Shown in pieces: positions 29,660 through 39,731 of a stretch of DNA of 64,000 bases. Made by a program: the position numbers and the translations under genes. The notes under the pieces were generated by a model. It was not told where the DNA came from and searched no databases. It was given only the letters and a program-made list of their open reading frames with translations. Where the stretch lies: IMG/VR virus record IMGVR_UViG_3300046536_000256, positions 169,284-233,283 of that record. The stretch is one strand, 5' to 3'. Within the stretch, counting starts at the first letter, position 1. Every line of letters starts with the position of its first letter.

Positions 29660-30335
29660 AACGCTTATCCATGTTGTTGTCGATGTGCCGGCCACGCATG
29701 ATGTGGTGAGCAGTTTCCAGCACCTTCACAATGCTGCCTTTACGCAGGCTGCTGTTGGTGTTGGTTTTGCCCGTGGTCAACAGGTCGTTTTTGTAGGCCT
29801 TCAACGCATCCAGGTCACCGCCCTTAACGTTGTAGAGTTCGTTGGCCATGGTGTACAAGCCCAGGTTACGCAGTACCGTGATTTCCGGTTGGCTGATACC
29901 TGTGCTGCGGGAATCCCCCATGACCTGGCCGGTGAGGTCGTCGATGCTGTAGTCGTCCTTCGCCGCACCAAACTTCTTGACGAGCATCTGACGCTGCTTA
30001 CGTGCTTCAGCAGTACCGATGATCGCCGAGTAGTCAGTCATCGACTTAATGCCGGTGTCTTCGTCATAAACGATCAAACGCTGAACCGCATTAACCCCGT
30101 ACTCTTTGCAGAGCTTCAGCAGGTTATCGAAGTCCAGCTTTTCTTTTGGATCAAAGCTGCTGGCCCAGATGGAGAGAGGCATACCAGCTTCAAGCTTGTC
30201 TACAAACTCCGCCATCTGTTTATCGGACATGGGGGTGAACAGGCGCTCGTAAATAACCTTGTTTCCCCCACCCTTTGTTAACTTTGCCATGAAGGTGTAG
30301 ACGAAGTCTTCGAAGGCTCTGCGATTGCCTGCCAT
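29652..30335 (-). CDS. virion RNA polymerase beta subunit, C-terminal part (phiKZ gp149-like)
   Basis: GISQPEITVLRNLGLYTMANELYNVKGGD resembles the RpoB C-terminal GEME...L...E.LTVKSDD segment; size fits. Confidence 0.7.
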   Translation of the reverse strand: MAGNRRAFEDFVYTFMAKLTKGGGNKVIYERLFTPMSDKQMAEFVDKLEAGMPLSIWASSFDPKEKLDFDNLLKLCKEYGVNAVQRLIVYDEDTGIKSMTDYSAIIGTAEARKQRQMLVKKFGAAKDDYSIDDLTGQVMGDSRSTGISQPEITVLRNLGLYTMANELYNVKGGDLDALKAYKNDLLTTGKTNTNSSLRKGSIVKVLETAHHIMRGRHIDNNMDKRYG

Positions 30336-30337
30336 GA

Positions 30338-30709
30338 TTACTTCCTTGGGTATTTGTAGTGGGTCGAAGTCTTGCTGGCCGTGGTAACTACTTCTTTGGC
30401 CGCCAGGATGAACGGATCGTTTTCGTTGACGCTAATCACCATCAGTTCATCGAAGAACAAAACGGAGTTTTCCAACGTTTGACTGAACAATGTTTTGTTA
30501 CGGTCTTCAACGTCCAACGTCGGAATGGATTTGTCGATGTTGCTAATCCCGTACTTGCCGGTCACGGTGTACAGCGTTGCGTCGCCCTGTCTTTTAATAA
30601 GAACGCGTTCCTTCAGAAGACTGACATACTCTACAGGGTCTTTACACAGGTTTACAAAGTTGCTGTCCGCTACGACCAAAATAATGCTTGCGCAAGGGAT
30701 CGGGTCCAT
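30338..30709 (-). CDS. hypothetical protein
   Basis: 123-aa ORF in the operon. Confidence 0.7.
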   Translation of the reverse strand: MDPIPCASIILVVADSNFVNLCKDPVEYVSLLKERVLIKRQGDATLYTVTGKYGISNIDKSIPTLDVEDRNKTLFSQTLENSVLFFDELMVISVNENDPFILAAKEVVTTASKTSTHYKYPRK

Positions 30710-30777
30710 TAGTCTACATCCTCAAGTCTGTAAAGGCGAAGGAGTGCCATGTAGTATGAGCACTCCCCGCTGCGTTA

Positions 30778-32223
30778 TTATTTCTTTTTATCGAGCCAGT
30801 ACGGCTTGCGTTCACCCAGAGCGATCTTCAACAACTCCATGGTGGAAACGGTGAACTTCTTGATGTCCGGGTTAGTGAACCAGTAGTCCACAGTGTTTTC
30901 CAGGATATCGTTCCAATCAATGCCTTGTTCTTTGATCTTGTTGTACAGCTCTTGCGGGGTGATGCGGTACTTGTGGTCGAGTTTCAACCAGAAGGTTTGC
31001 ATGAACCACATCTGATAGCAGATCCCCAGCGCGCGGTAGAACTTCTTGTCATCGATCGACTTCTTCCACACCGTGGTGCGACCGACCTTGCATTCCGGGT
31101 ACAGAACACAGGCATGACTGATAACACTGCCTTCAAGCCCGAACATGCCGGAGGATTTCATAGCATGATACATGCTGAGCCCCTCTTGGATCCCTAGACT
31201 TTGGGAACCAATAAAGAACAGGCTACTACCGCTAGAGCCACTCTTGTTACGATAAACACTAGTTGAGTAGAAAAGCAGATCAGGGTTTTCTTTTGCATCT
31301 TTGTCAATTACCACGTCAGCGCCGAATGGATTAGGGTACATCCATTCTTGACCGGATTTAAGTGCAGAACCGCGGATGATACGATAACCAATTTGCGGAA
31401 TACGGAGGAGGGATTTAGGGCCCTTGAGTTTCTTACCTTGACCGATGAAGACGGTTTCTTTTTCCAGCGGCTGACCAGTCATGTTGACGATATCAGTCAC
31501 TTGCGCGGTGGTCACTTGGTACGCGCCGAACTCACCACCCAACACGTCGCAGTCTTCGTAGACGATACGCCGCTGGTTACCGATCACCAAGTCACGCGTC
31601 TTCTGCGCGCCGCCAGTGTCAACTTCTTCTTCCTGGAACTTGGCCGATGTTTTGGCGAAGTGCATTTCCGAGATAGAGTCAGTGACGGTGAGGATTGGCG
31701 AGATGATCTTCATGATCAAGCCATCGTTACCGGCGTACGGAGTAGCGATGTAGATGTCGTGCTTTTCCTTGATCGCTTGCTTCACATCAGCATGACGGTC
31801 TTTGAACCACTGGTGAACGAAGTTACCGTCGCACGGGTTCTCGATATCATTCCGGCTGAAGTAGAAGAAACGAACGTCCATGATCTGGTCGTAGAAGTAA
31901 CCCGGGATCCCCATCTCACGGTCCACTTCATCGGCCAGACGGCTGACACTGAAGGTCGCTTCGATATCGAAGAAAGCCACAATCGAAGTATGATAGCGAA
32001 CCAGTGTACGCGCCATCATCAAAACACACTGCCCGGTCTTCTGGGTGTTGTTGCCACCGGTGACCGCGTTGTTACGACAGATACCACCGTTCATGTAGGT
32101 GATACCGTCAGGACCGACCAAGAACTCGCCGTTGATCATGTCCATCAGCGGGGAGTACTGGAGCGTCGCGATAACGGTGTTGGAGGACTTCTGTTTTAAT
32201 GCGAAACTATGTGGAGTTGCCAT
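30778..32223 (-). CDS. uvsX: RecA/UvsX-like recombinase
   Basis: Divergent Walker A GGNNTQKT, FFDIEAT, Walker B VTDSISE; sits near the beta-C gene as in phiKZ (gp152). Confidence 0.75.
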   Translation of the reverse strand: MATPHSFALKQKSSNTVIATLQYSPLMDMINGEFLVGPDGITYMNGGICRNNAVTGGNNTQKTGQCVLMMARTLVRYHTSIVAFFDIEATFSVSRLADEVDREMGIPGYFYDQIMDVRFFYFSRNDIENPCDGNFVHQWFKDRHADVKQAIKEKHDIYIATPYAGNDGLIMKIISPILTVTDSISEMHFAKTSAKFQEEEVDTGGAQKTRDLVIGNQRRIVYEDCDVLGGEFGAYQVTTAQVTDIVNMTGQPLEKETVFIGQGKKLKGPKSLLRIPQIGYRIIRGSALKSGQEWMYPNPFGADVVIDKDAKENPDLLFYSTSVYRNKSGSSGSSLFFIGSQSLGIQEGLSMYHAMKSSGMFGLEGSVISHACVLYPECKVGRTTVWKKSIDDKKFYRALGICYQMWFMQTFWLKLDHKYRITPQELYNKIKEQGIDWNDILENTVDYWFTNPDIKKFTVSTMELLKIALGERKPYWLDKKK

Positions 32224-32314
32224 CTACTAAGTATCCCCAATATTTTATGACTTTAACGAGAGGGGCCTAAATGCCCGAACCATGGGCAAAATCGGCCCTT
32301 TCTAAACTATACTG

Positions 32315-33130
32315 ATGCCGAGGTCAGTGATGGAAAATTACATCCAGCTTGTCAAAAACCCAGCACCCTTTACTGTTCAAGGCTTCGAAGCACTCAGCAT
32401 TGGTGAGAGCTTCAGTTTGTTCTTCAAGGAGATCAATACATCCGTAGACCGTCGCCTTGCCGCTTTGAGCAAGTCAGTCCACAAGGTCGACATCGGTGGC
32501 GCTGAGAACAACGTAAAAACCAAAAAGCTGTTATTCGTCAAACACTCCGGTGTACAGCTCCTGACCCCACAAGGTTATCGTTCCGGCATGGCCAACATGG
32601 CATCCCACAGCAAAGCAGTCTGCGGTGGTGTCTACATCATCAGCAGCCTGAAAACGGAAGCGTCTAGACTATATCATTGGTTGAAGCAAATCCTGAAGTC
32701 GGGTCGTCTGGACACTTCGTTCCGCTGGACCGTCACTGACTTTGATCAAGCTCTGGGCCAAGCCACGAACTTCATCAAGAACTTGCCGGACCAAGACCGC
32801 CAGTCGACCTTCGCCATGGGCCAAGTGTACGTCAGCTTCGAAGAGTTCTTTGAAGTAGCGTCCAACTTCAACAACGCCGTCAACATGCTGAATGCTCGTG
32901 ACATCGAACTCACTGCTAAAGAGCTGAGCAACGTGTACGACCTCGGCAGCATCCTGGTGGCCAAGATCCATGCCAACGACATCGTGCTGGCCGAGACTGC
33001 GATCAGCGATATCGAGAGCGTGGTGAACCGGTTTGTGGAACTGACCAACATTGCCGGCGCGATGATGGTGCTGCTGAACGAATTGACCGCGGTCTTCACT
33101 GACCAAGCCAAGACCATCAGCAAGCTGTAA
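32315..33130 (+). CDS. virion structural protein (gp153-position)
   Basis: 271-aa helical ORF divergent from uvsX; synteny-based. Confidence 0.6.
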   Translation: MPRSVMENYIQLVKNPAPFTVQGFEALSIGESFSLFFKEINTSVDRRLAALSKSVHKVDIGGAENNVKTKKLLFVKHSGVQLLTPQGYRSGMANMASHSKAVCGGVYIISSLKTEASRLYHWLKQILKSGRLDTSFRWTVTDFDQALGQATNFIKNLPDQDRQSTFAMGQVYVSFEEFFEVASNFNNAVNMLNARDIELTAKELSNVYDLGSILVAKIHANDIVLAETAISDIESVVNRFVELTNIAGAMMVLLNELTAVFTDQAKTISKL

Positions 33131-33178
33131 AACGGGCATAAGCGGACCATAACCCAAAAAAAATAAACCACACTCCGA

Positions 33179-33207
33179 ATGGGTTACCGGATTATCCGGT
33201 AACCCAT
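33179..33207. terminator. hairpin between convergent genes
   Basis: ATGGGTTACCGGA-tta-TCCGGTAACCCAT; an A8 run upstream gives a U-tail on the minus strand. Confidence 0.7.
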
Positions 33208-33213
33208 AAGGGG

Positions 33214-34011
33214 TTATAGTCCGACAGAGAGAGCTTTACGTACTTCCTCACTTATCCCATTAGGAAGAGAGTTAACCTCGTCCTTGGTGGCATAAGTGAA
33301 AATGCACCCTCTGTGTCTTTTACTACGTCCCTTACAACAGGCGGTAACATTGGGTGGCTTAAACCCGTTCTCCAGAATAGCTTTCTTCCCAGCAAGGACA
33401 AACTCCAAACCGGCATACTCCCCGAACACCACGACACCTTTATTGGGGCGAAGTGGTACTGGGTTAAGACCGAGCGCGTGAGCGTGAGCCATGTTACCAA
33501 TAGGTGTTGTCCATTCGAGGTTGTCTAAACTGAAGTTAGTCTTCACCGCATTGACATGGTTTACTTCTAGCCTATTGGGATGGGTACCACCAAGTTCCGG
33601 CGGTATAGGGATAAATGCACAGGCCAAAGCCCTATGTAGTTTGAATGACTCACTACCCATCTCGGTCTGTATACAAACATCGATATACTTATTATTTACA
33701 AGATATGGGTATAAAGGTTTGGGTATCCTCCCTCTTAGAGAGCACACGTTACCTTTGTTACTGATCAAAATCTTGTACGGTCTACGAACTAACTCCGGCG
33801 ACTTAGCCTGAGGTGAATTGGCATTTTTGTAATAAACAAAGGGAACCCATACTTCATAGTCGGGGTCTAGTTCAAGCTGTGCTTTCAAGGCATTGTGAAG
33901 AATAGAAAGATTGAAAGGATAATGAGTTTGTTCATATCGAAGAAGTTCCTCCTTCGTGAACAGATCCTTAACAGTCCTCATGTTGATGCTCGCTTCATTG
34001 GTTAGATACAC
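33214..34011 (-). mobile_element. free-standing NUMOD4-HNH-NUMOD1 homing endonuclease gene
   Basis: ILISNKGNV (NUMOD4), KLHRALACAF...EVNHVNAVKTNFSLDNLEWTTPIGN (HNH_3), VTACCKG (NUMOD1); visibly more AT-rich than neighbours. Confidence 0.9.
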
Positions 34012-34014
34012 TCC

Positions 34015-34032
34015 AATGATGTAGGTCTGAAA
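34015..34032 (-). promoter_or_regulatory. early promoter variant TTTCAGACCTACATCATT
   Basis: Matches the other copies in TTTCAGACCTA; lies immediately upstream of the HNH gene. Confidence 0.55.
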
Positions 34033-34110
34033 AACGCTGAAACATAATAGAGGGTTAGTCGGAACCAGGGATTATCCCCAGTCCCAACGCCCTTCAGGGG
34101 TTATAGCTGT

Positions 34111-35610
34111 TTACGCTTTTCTACCGAGTTCACCCAGAGTGAGTACCCGCAGGTTAGCAATCGCACTGGTATGAACGTAGATGAACTCTTCAGTCACCAC
34201 CAGCGTGCTGTAACGCAAGCCCAGTTCGTTGCGTGTATCCGTGACCACCCAGACTTCTACGTTTGGATCTTCCACGGAGTTAAACGCGTTACGCTCAGGG
34301 ATGTCGTAACCGACTGACAACAAGATCGGTACCGGTCTGATCGAGTTCCGGTGTTCGACGTTAACCTTGATCGTGGAACGCAACTGATTGAAGTCAGGAT
34401 GCACCTTGAGCTTGGTTACGCCTTTACCGTTAACTTCCTTGACATAGATCATGTCAGTGATGTTGTAGAACTTCGCATGACCAAAGACGTTGTTCTCGTC
34501 CTTCTTCAGCCAAGACTCCATGATTACGTCCATCCCCACCAAGAAATCTCGGATACGGTAGGACATCATGGTTGGCTTGATCAGCTCGATCAGCACCGGC
34601 CGCCCGTTCTGTTTAACAAACGGAGACACCAGTTGATGCTTGACCGGAACCGCAGGCACTGTGTCCACCAACCGTGCTACGTCTTTCGACACGACATGGT
34701 TGAGGTCACCCGCTGACAAGTAGCCATCCGGGTTCTCAATGCGCTTCACCGTGAAGTTGAAGAGCTTGTCGAGAATCTCGATTGGACGCTTGGTGTACAG
34801 CTTGGAATACGTAACGTCCGGTGTCAGCTTGCCGTAGTAGTTCTTGTCCGGCTCAACCTTACCGAAGTTGTAGACCCGATACCCGTGCTGCTCTTCAATG
34901 AACTTCTCAGGATCGTGCGACTCGAAATACCAACGAGAAGCACTGACGATCTTGTTGAAGTCCACTTCAGGGTTCTCGTAGTCTTTACGACTCTGAACGA
35001 TCAGCTTGGAATCCTTGTCGTATCCCCACTGAGAGATCACCTCGGCCAGATCCAACTGCTTCTGTGCGTCACGGTTACCCATGCCACCTTCGGCAGACCC
35101 GGTGAAATCGAAGAACAGTTTGCGATCTTTGTCGCTGGTAATCTGTTCCATCTCAATCACGACCATCTGGGCTAAGGTCTTCTCGGTGTTATTGAGCGTG
35201 TGTTTGCCAACTTGTGGATCCACCTCGGACAGCAGCGGAGCCTTGATCTTGGAGATCAGTTCCATCTCTTTATGAGGCGTAACGACCCACAGGTTCTTAA
35301 GGCCTTTAACGTTAGCGTGGTGCAGGATCTCCCAGAAGCCTTTCAGCATGGCTTCCATTTGCGTGTGGGCATTGGGAACGACCAGTGTGAGGATATCCTC
35401 CACGACTACCACGGTGTTGGGTTTCTGTGGATTGCCGGTGTAGTAGCCAGTGGAGGTTGGTACGTCTTTGGCTAGTTTCTTTTTCCCCTCCTGGTTTCGG
35501 TCGTAGGTATACCCGTGACCACCCAGGAAGTAATGCTTTCGCTTCCCTACCTCGGTGACGCTGGCAACCAGATAAACCACCATGTTTATCTCGGGGATTT
35601 TATCGTCCAT
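34111..35610 (-). CDS. RNase H-fold protein (phiKZ gp155-position), catalytic residues apparently degenerate
   Basis: GGHGY, TQME and GMGNRDA segments align with the RNase HI layout; synteny with uvsX and gp153. Confidence 0.55.
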   Translation of the reverse strand: MDDKIPEINMVVYLVASVTEVGKRKHYFLGGHGYTYDRNQEGKKKLAKDVPTSTGYYTGNPQKPNTVVVVEDILTLVVPNAHTQMEAMLKGFWEILHHANVKGLKNLWVVTPHKEMELISKIKAPLLSEVDPQVGKHTLNNTEKTLAQMVVIEMEQITSDKDRKLFFDFTGSAEGGMGNRDAQKQLDLAEVISQWGYDKDSKLIVQSRKDYENPEVDFNKIVSASRWYFESHDPEKFIEEQHGYRVYNFGKVEPDKNYYGKLTPDVTYSKLYTKRPIEILDKLFNFTVKRIENPDGYLSAGDLNHVVSKDVARLVDTVPAVPVKHQLVSPFVKQNGRPVLIELIKPTMMSYRIRDFLVGMDVIMESWLKKDENNVFGHAKFYNITDMIYVKEVNGKGVTKLKVHPDFNQLRSTIKVNVEHRNSIRPVPILLSVGYDIPERNAFNSVEDPNVEVWVVTDTRNELGLRYSTLVVTEEFIYVHTSAIANLRVLTLGELGRKA

Positions 35611-35652
35611 TGTGACCTGCTCTGATAGAAGTTGTTGTCGCGTATTAGATGC

Positions 35653-36123
35653 TTACCGGGGTAACTTTTTAAGGCCGCCCGGTGCGCACATTTTCAGGAG
35701 TACGTCGTTATTTATTTTCAGCCGCTCTGACTCAGCCAACGATCGCACTAAATATGGACGCAAGAAATTATTCTCGTCGTTCAACTTAATGTTGCTTTGG
35801 AACAACAGCAGGTTCTCCTGCTTCACCAACCTCAGTTGATTGCTCAAGCTGTCGTTGATACGTACGAAGGCCTTTAATGGACCACCTTCCGTGGGGTCAA
35901 AGAGCAGGTTCATCTTAGCGACGCCTGCCTCCATGTCGGATAATTCAACGCGTAGGTTAATGTTGGCCATGGATAAGCCAATCGCGGCCCAAGCCAAAAT
36001 AGCAATAAGGAAGACGGCAGACTTTAAAGCGGACGTAAGTTGTTCTTCGACCGTCTCTCCCTTTACAAAACGCAAGACAAATTCTATGAATCTGTCGGCT
36101 AGCTCCTTCAAGAGCCCAAACAT
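35653..36123 (-). CDS. membrane-anchored coiled-coil protein
   Basis: One hydrophobic helix (AVFLIAILAWAAIGLSMA) followed by a coiled-coil-like segment. Confidence 0.7.
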   Translation of the reverse strand: MFGLLKELADRFIEFVLRFVKGETVEEQLTSALKSAVFLIAILAWAAIGLSMANINLRVELSDMEAGVAKMNLLFDPTEGGPLKAFVRINDSLSNQLRLVKQENLLLFQSNIKLNDENNFLRPYLVRSLAESERLKINNDVLLKMCAPGGLKKLPR

Positions 36124-36155
36124 AAGAGATATCCTTACTTTCTAGGTGGAAGATC

Positions 36156-37496
36156 ATGACAACGAGTTATCTTTCTTTTGGCAGCATAGCACAACTCCAT
36201 AACAACGGTCCATTGACAGCGTCGCCTATTGGTGAACTGTCTACCAAAGCACAGACTTACACTAAGGACCCTGGTCGGTTTTCGATCAAGGCTACCGCTA
36301 GTGAAACCGTACTGTTTAACTTCCTGTCCCAAACAGATAACGTCGATATCATCATGCCGCAAGCAATTGCGGAAGTACAGATCGGTATCGGGAACTGGCT
36401 CTACGCACAAGCCAAACTCGGTAACATCACCGGCAGCCGTCCCGTTACACTTGCTTTGTTGCAAGCCACCTTCAGCAACAACATCGAAATCACCGACATC
36501 GGTGAAATGGTTACCGATAACACTATCTGGTTCCCAAGTTTCGTACAGGGTAATCACATCGTAAACGGTGAATCGCAAAGTTTCTATCTGTGGTTCGCCA
36601 ACCAGTATTTCCTGGAACAATACCCACGCGTCATGTTCACCATCGTTCACCCGGTCCCACTGGCTGAAATCGATTCGTTGATGGACATGAACTACCAGCA
36701 ACTGGCGGCCCGGCTTCTCCTCGAGAACCCGAAGGTAGTTGCTGACCGTGAACACACACTCACCAACCAAGCCGAATGGCCTTACAGTGAGCGTGATGTT
36801 GTTGACTTCCAGATCATGGACCTTATCAACACCCCAAATTACGTCACGGGTTACTGGCGTTACTTGGAGTGGGGTAACGGTGCTGATTCGGAAGATCAAC
36901 TGTTCGATCAGATCAAACAGGAGATCCTGGCTAACTCCCAGTACCCAGAAGCAAGATGGGAAGACAAGATCCCTGATCTGTTCAACCCACTCGAGTTCTA
37001 CGTACTGCCGTACTTCAACCGTCTTGGTGTAGTGAACCGTACCAACGGCGCCAGCTCGCTGTCCCCAATTGTGGACAATGAAGCCATCCTCGACCTGGTC
37101 AACCACTTCCTGACACCGTTCATGACGGCAGACCACATCATAAAATCCACCCAGGTTCTTGCGTTCCTTTACAAATCAATGGCTTGTGCCTTTGTTGCGA
37201 AGATGAACAACCGTCCTGGCATGGAAAAGGTCAGCGCTATCGTCCCGGACTACCAGTTGATCCCGTCGACTGACTCCGACTTCGACCTGATGTCTGGCGC
37301 CACCCAAGAGTTCGTCCTGCAAATGGAGAACTTGCTGGCGGCTTCTGAAGTTGTCACCCCGTATACCCTTACCCCGCTCGGCATCACCCGCATCATTCGC
37401 TTCGGCAAAGTGTGTGTGGCGCGTCGTATCGGCAAAGTGAAATACATCGTCGTCACCCGCTGGCAGTACCTGGAAGACGGCATCATTGAGAGCTGA
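36156..37496 (+). CDS. virion structural protein (gp157-position)
   Basis: 446-aa ORF; synteny-based. Confidence 0.65.
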   Translation: MTTSYLSFGSIAQLHNNGPLTASPIGELSTKAQTYTKDPGRFSIKATASETVLFNFLSQTDNVDIIMPQAIAEVQIGIGNWLYAQAKLGNITGSRPVTLALLQATFSNNIEITDIGEMVTDNTIWFPSFVQGNHIVNGESQSFYLWFANQYFLEQYPRVMFTIVHPVPLAEIDSLMDMNYQQLAARLLLENPKVVADREHTLTNQAEWPYSERDVVDFQIMDLINTPNYVTGYWRYLEWGNGADSEDQLFDQIKQEILANSQYPEARWEDKIPDLFNPLEFYVLPYFNRLGVVNRTNGASSLSPIVDNEAILDLVNHFLTPFMTADHIIKSTQVLAFLYKSMACAFVAKMNNRPGMEKVSAIVPDYQLIPSTDSDFDLMSGATQEFVLQMENLLAASEVVTPYTLTPLGITRIIRFGKVCVARRIGKVKYIVVTRWQYLEDGIIES

Positions 37497-37501
37497 GTGA
37501 T

Positions 37502-38167
37502 ATGACAACTGAAACCAATGTGATCCCGTCGATTAATGCGGCGGGTCGATTCGAAGCACTGGCCCCGTTTGACAAGGTGGTGATCCCTTCTACTTTCTAC
37601 ACAGTAGAAGCCTTGCGAACTATCCACGAAATGCAGGCGTTGAAACTCAACCTGTACGACTTGGTGTTCGCCCCAATTGGTGTGGCGGAAACCGACTACA
37701 GCGTGGTGTTGGAACGAGCACGGTCGCAAGGTGCAGTGGTTGTTTCGCTGACTAACCGTTTCGGCCCAACAGTCTACGTGTTGAGTACGTACTTCAAATC
37801 CTTCCCGTTGATTGACGGCGTGGCTTACGAGCGTATGTGCTTGGTCGTGGACCTGGGTCCTTGTGCGCCTTCTACTAAGGACGCGATGGCTCAGGTGCAG
37901 ACACACGTTCAGTCGTACGTGAAAGCAGTACTGGGTCTGGACACCACGGTGAAACTGGGTACGGTGCCGACCATTGGTTACGTATCGGCTCAGGATGCAC
38001 TGTTGTTTGAAAACACGCGGAAGAACGCCATCACTGATGGTGACAACGACGTGTCGAAGATCAACGCCCTGCAAACCAAGTTGGTGCAGAAGGATGCCTA
38101 CATCGCTCAGTTGGAAGCGAAATTGGCGGCACTGATTCCTCCTCCGCCGCCTCCGGTAACACCGTAA
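37502..38167 (+). CDS. probable virion protein
   Basis: 221-aa ORF co-transcribed with 36156..37496; C-terminal coiled coil and poly-Pro tail. Confidence 0.65.
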   Translation: MTTETNVIPSINAAGRFEALAPFDKVVIPSTFYTVEALRTIHEMQALKLNLYDLVFAPIGVAETDYSVVLERARSQGAVVVSLTNRFGPTVYVLSTYFKSFPLIDGVAYERMCLVVDLGPCAPSTKDAMAQVQTHVQSYVKAVLGLDTTVKLGTVPTIGYVSAQDALLFENTRKNAITDGDNDVSKINALQTKLVQKDAYIAQLEAKLAALIPPPPPPVTP

Positions 38168-38178
38168 AGCAAACATAT

Positions 38179-38219
38179 CCCCTAACCCATTCCCCTTTGT
38201 TGGCGGAATGGGTTAGGGG
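38179..38219. terminator. bidirectional hairpin
   Basis: CCCCTAACCCATTCC ... GGAATGGGTTAGGGG, 15-bp stem between convergent genes. Confidence 0.7.
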
Positions 38220-38228
38220 TATGGTCTG

Positions 38229-39731
38229 TTACTTAACGCGGCGAATGGTGCCCAGCGGGATACCGTCGGACAGGTCGGCTACTTCACGGTAGTCGTACGG
38301 ACGGATCAACGGGTTACCGGTGTTGATCAAGAACGCGTACAACGCTTCAATGAAGCTTTCAGTGTAACGGTTGAACAGGGTGTTCACGAAGTCCACCTCT
38401 GGGTCTTCACTACGGGTAGGGTGAGTACCTTCGTGATATTCCCAGGTGATCCAGCTGTTGAGGTCCAGCCCGATGTTGGCGCCAGTGGCAGCTTTGGTGG
38501 TGAGCTTGCGGATAACGTCGTTGGCGACGTCTTGCACCATTTGCTTACCGTATTCCGCACCGAAGCCGTAGATGCGCTTGGTGAAGTGTGTGGCGGCGTA
38601 CAGGATGACTTTCAGCTTCTCATCGAAGCCTTGCTGGATGATCGGGTGCTGACTGAGCATTGCGCGGGTGGTGGCGATCAGTCTGTTGACTTGCTTCTCG
38701 CAGTTGTTAATCTGCTTGGCGGCCACCAGCGCCTTCTTGTCCGGGGTACCGTTCCATTCGAAAATGGTGGTGCCGTTTTCACCCAATGCCACCTGACCGC
38801 TTTCCGGCAACAACGGGGCAACTTTGTCCAGAGTAATGCTCAGGGACTTGAAGTTGTTCTGTGCCTTGAACACCAGGTACAGGTCGTGGTCTTTCTCGAC
38901 GTTGGCGTTGACGAAGACGTTAGCCTTCATGGTTGCGTCACGCAGTTTACCGGTGATCTGCATCTTCAGCTTCTCGGAGAGATTCTCCAGAGCAATGAAG
39001 TCGCCGTTGACCAGATCGTCCATTGGGTCCTTCTCAAACATCGGCGTTTGGAAGAAGGACAGCGGGTACTCTATAGGGAGCTTGGAAACGTTGAGCAGCA
39101 TGCCACGGTCTTTCATGGCTTGCACTGGATTAGTCTCCAAGCACCAGCCGAGGGATTCATCGTCCAGTACAGCTTCCATCCAACGCTCGAAGCGGGATTC
39201 ACGCACGGCAAAGGTGTAGGAATCGGCTTCAGTCTGGTAACGAATAAAGCGAACTTCTTCTTCGCCTACCAAACCCTGATAGGTAAAGATGCACAGTTGC
39301 TGAGGCTGAACCGGGACGAGAACGGTGAAGAACTTGACCAAGCCGTCGTTGCGACGCTGAGCGGCTGGGGTCAGGTCGTTGGTGTAGGGGTGTGCGCGGT
39401 AAGGCAGCGGGTAGATCATGGTCATGTTGTTGACCACGAGCCCGTCATGCGGAACTTCTTGACCTTCCCACAATGCCGGAATGTTGACAAAACCTTTGTT
39501 GGCCAGATCGATCGCGACTTCGGTGAACCGCTGTTCTATTGACGGGCGGTTATCGAAAGCGTCTTGCATAAACTTGATGGTCGAGGCAGGGTCTGGATCG
39601 GCTTCGTCGATGTCGAGCTTAACCACCGGGTCGACCTTGTCGAGTTCGGCGACGGCGTCTTGCATGGTGGGTGCTTGAGCCTTAACAATTTCGTCAAACT
39701 TCTCAGCCATAGGTGATTGGATGTCAGTCAC
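38229..39731 (-). CDS. hypothetical protein
   Basis: 500-aa ORF, GTG start with AGGAG RBS. Confidence 0.8.
   Translation of the reverse strand: MTDIQSPMAEKFDEIVKAQAPTMQDAVAELDKVDPVVKLDIDEADPDPASTIKFMQDAFDNRPSIEQRFTEVAIDLANKGFVNIPALWEGQEVPHDGLVVNNMTMIYPLPYRAHPYTNDLTPAAQRRNDGLVKFFTVLVPVQPQQLCIFTYQGLVGEEEVRFIRYQTEADSYTFAVRESRFERWMEAVLDDESLGWCLETNPVQAMKDRGMLLNVSKLPIEYPLSFFQTPMFEKDPMDDLVNGDFIALENLSEKLKMQITGKLRDATMKANVFVNANVEKDHDLYLVFKAQNNFKSLSITLDKVAPLLPESGQVALGENGTTIFEWNGTPDKKALVAAKQINNCEKQVNRLIATTRAMLSQHPIIQQGFDEKLKVILYAATHFTKRIYGFGAEYGKQMVQDVANDVIRKLTTKAATGANIGLDLNSWITWEYHEGTHPTRSEDPEVDFVNTLFNRYTESFIEALYAFLINTGNPLIRPYDYREVADLSDGIPLGTIRRVK

Noticed and set aside
35653-36123. Spanin or holin call for the TM/coiled-coil gene
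   Set aside because: No embedded or adjacent lipoprotein ORF and no neighbouring lysin; left as a membrane protein.
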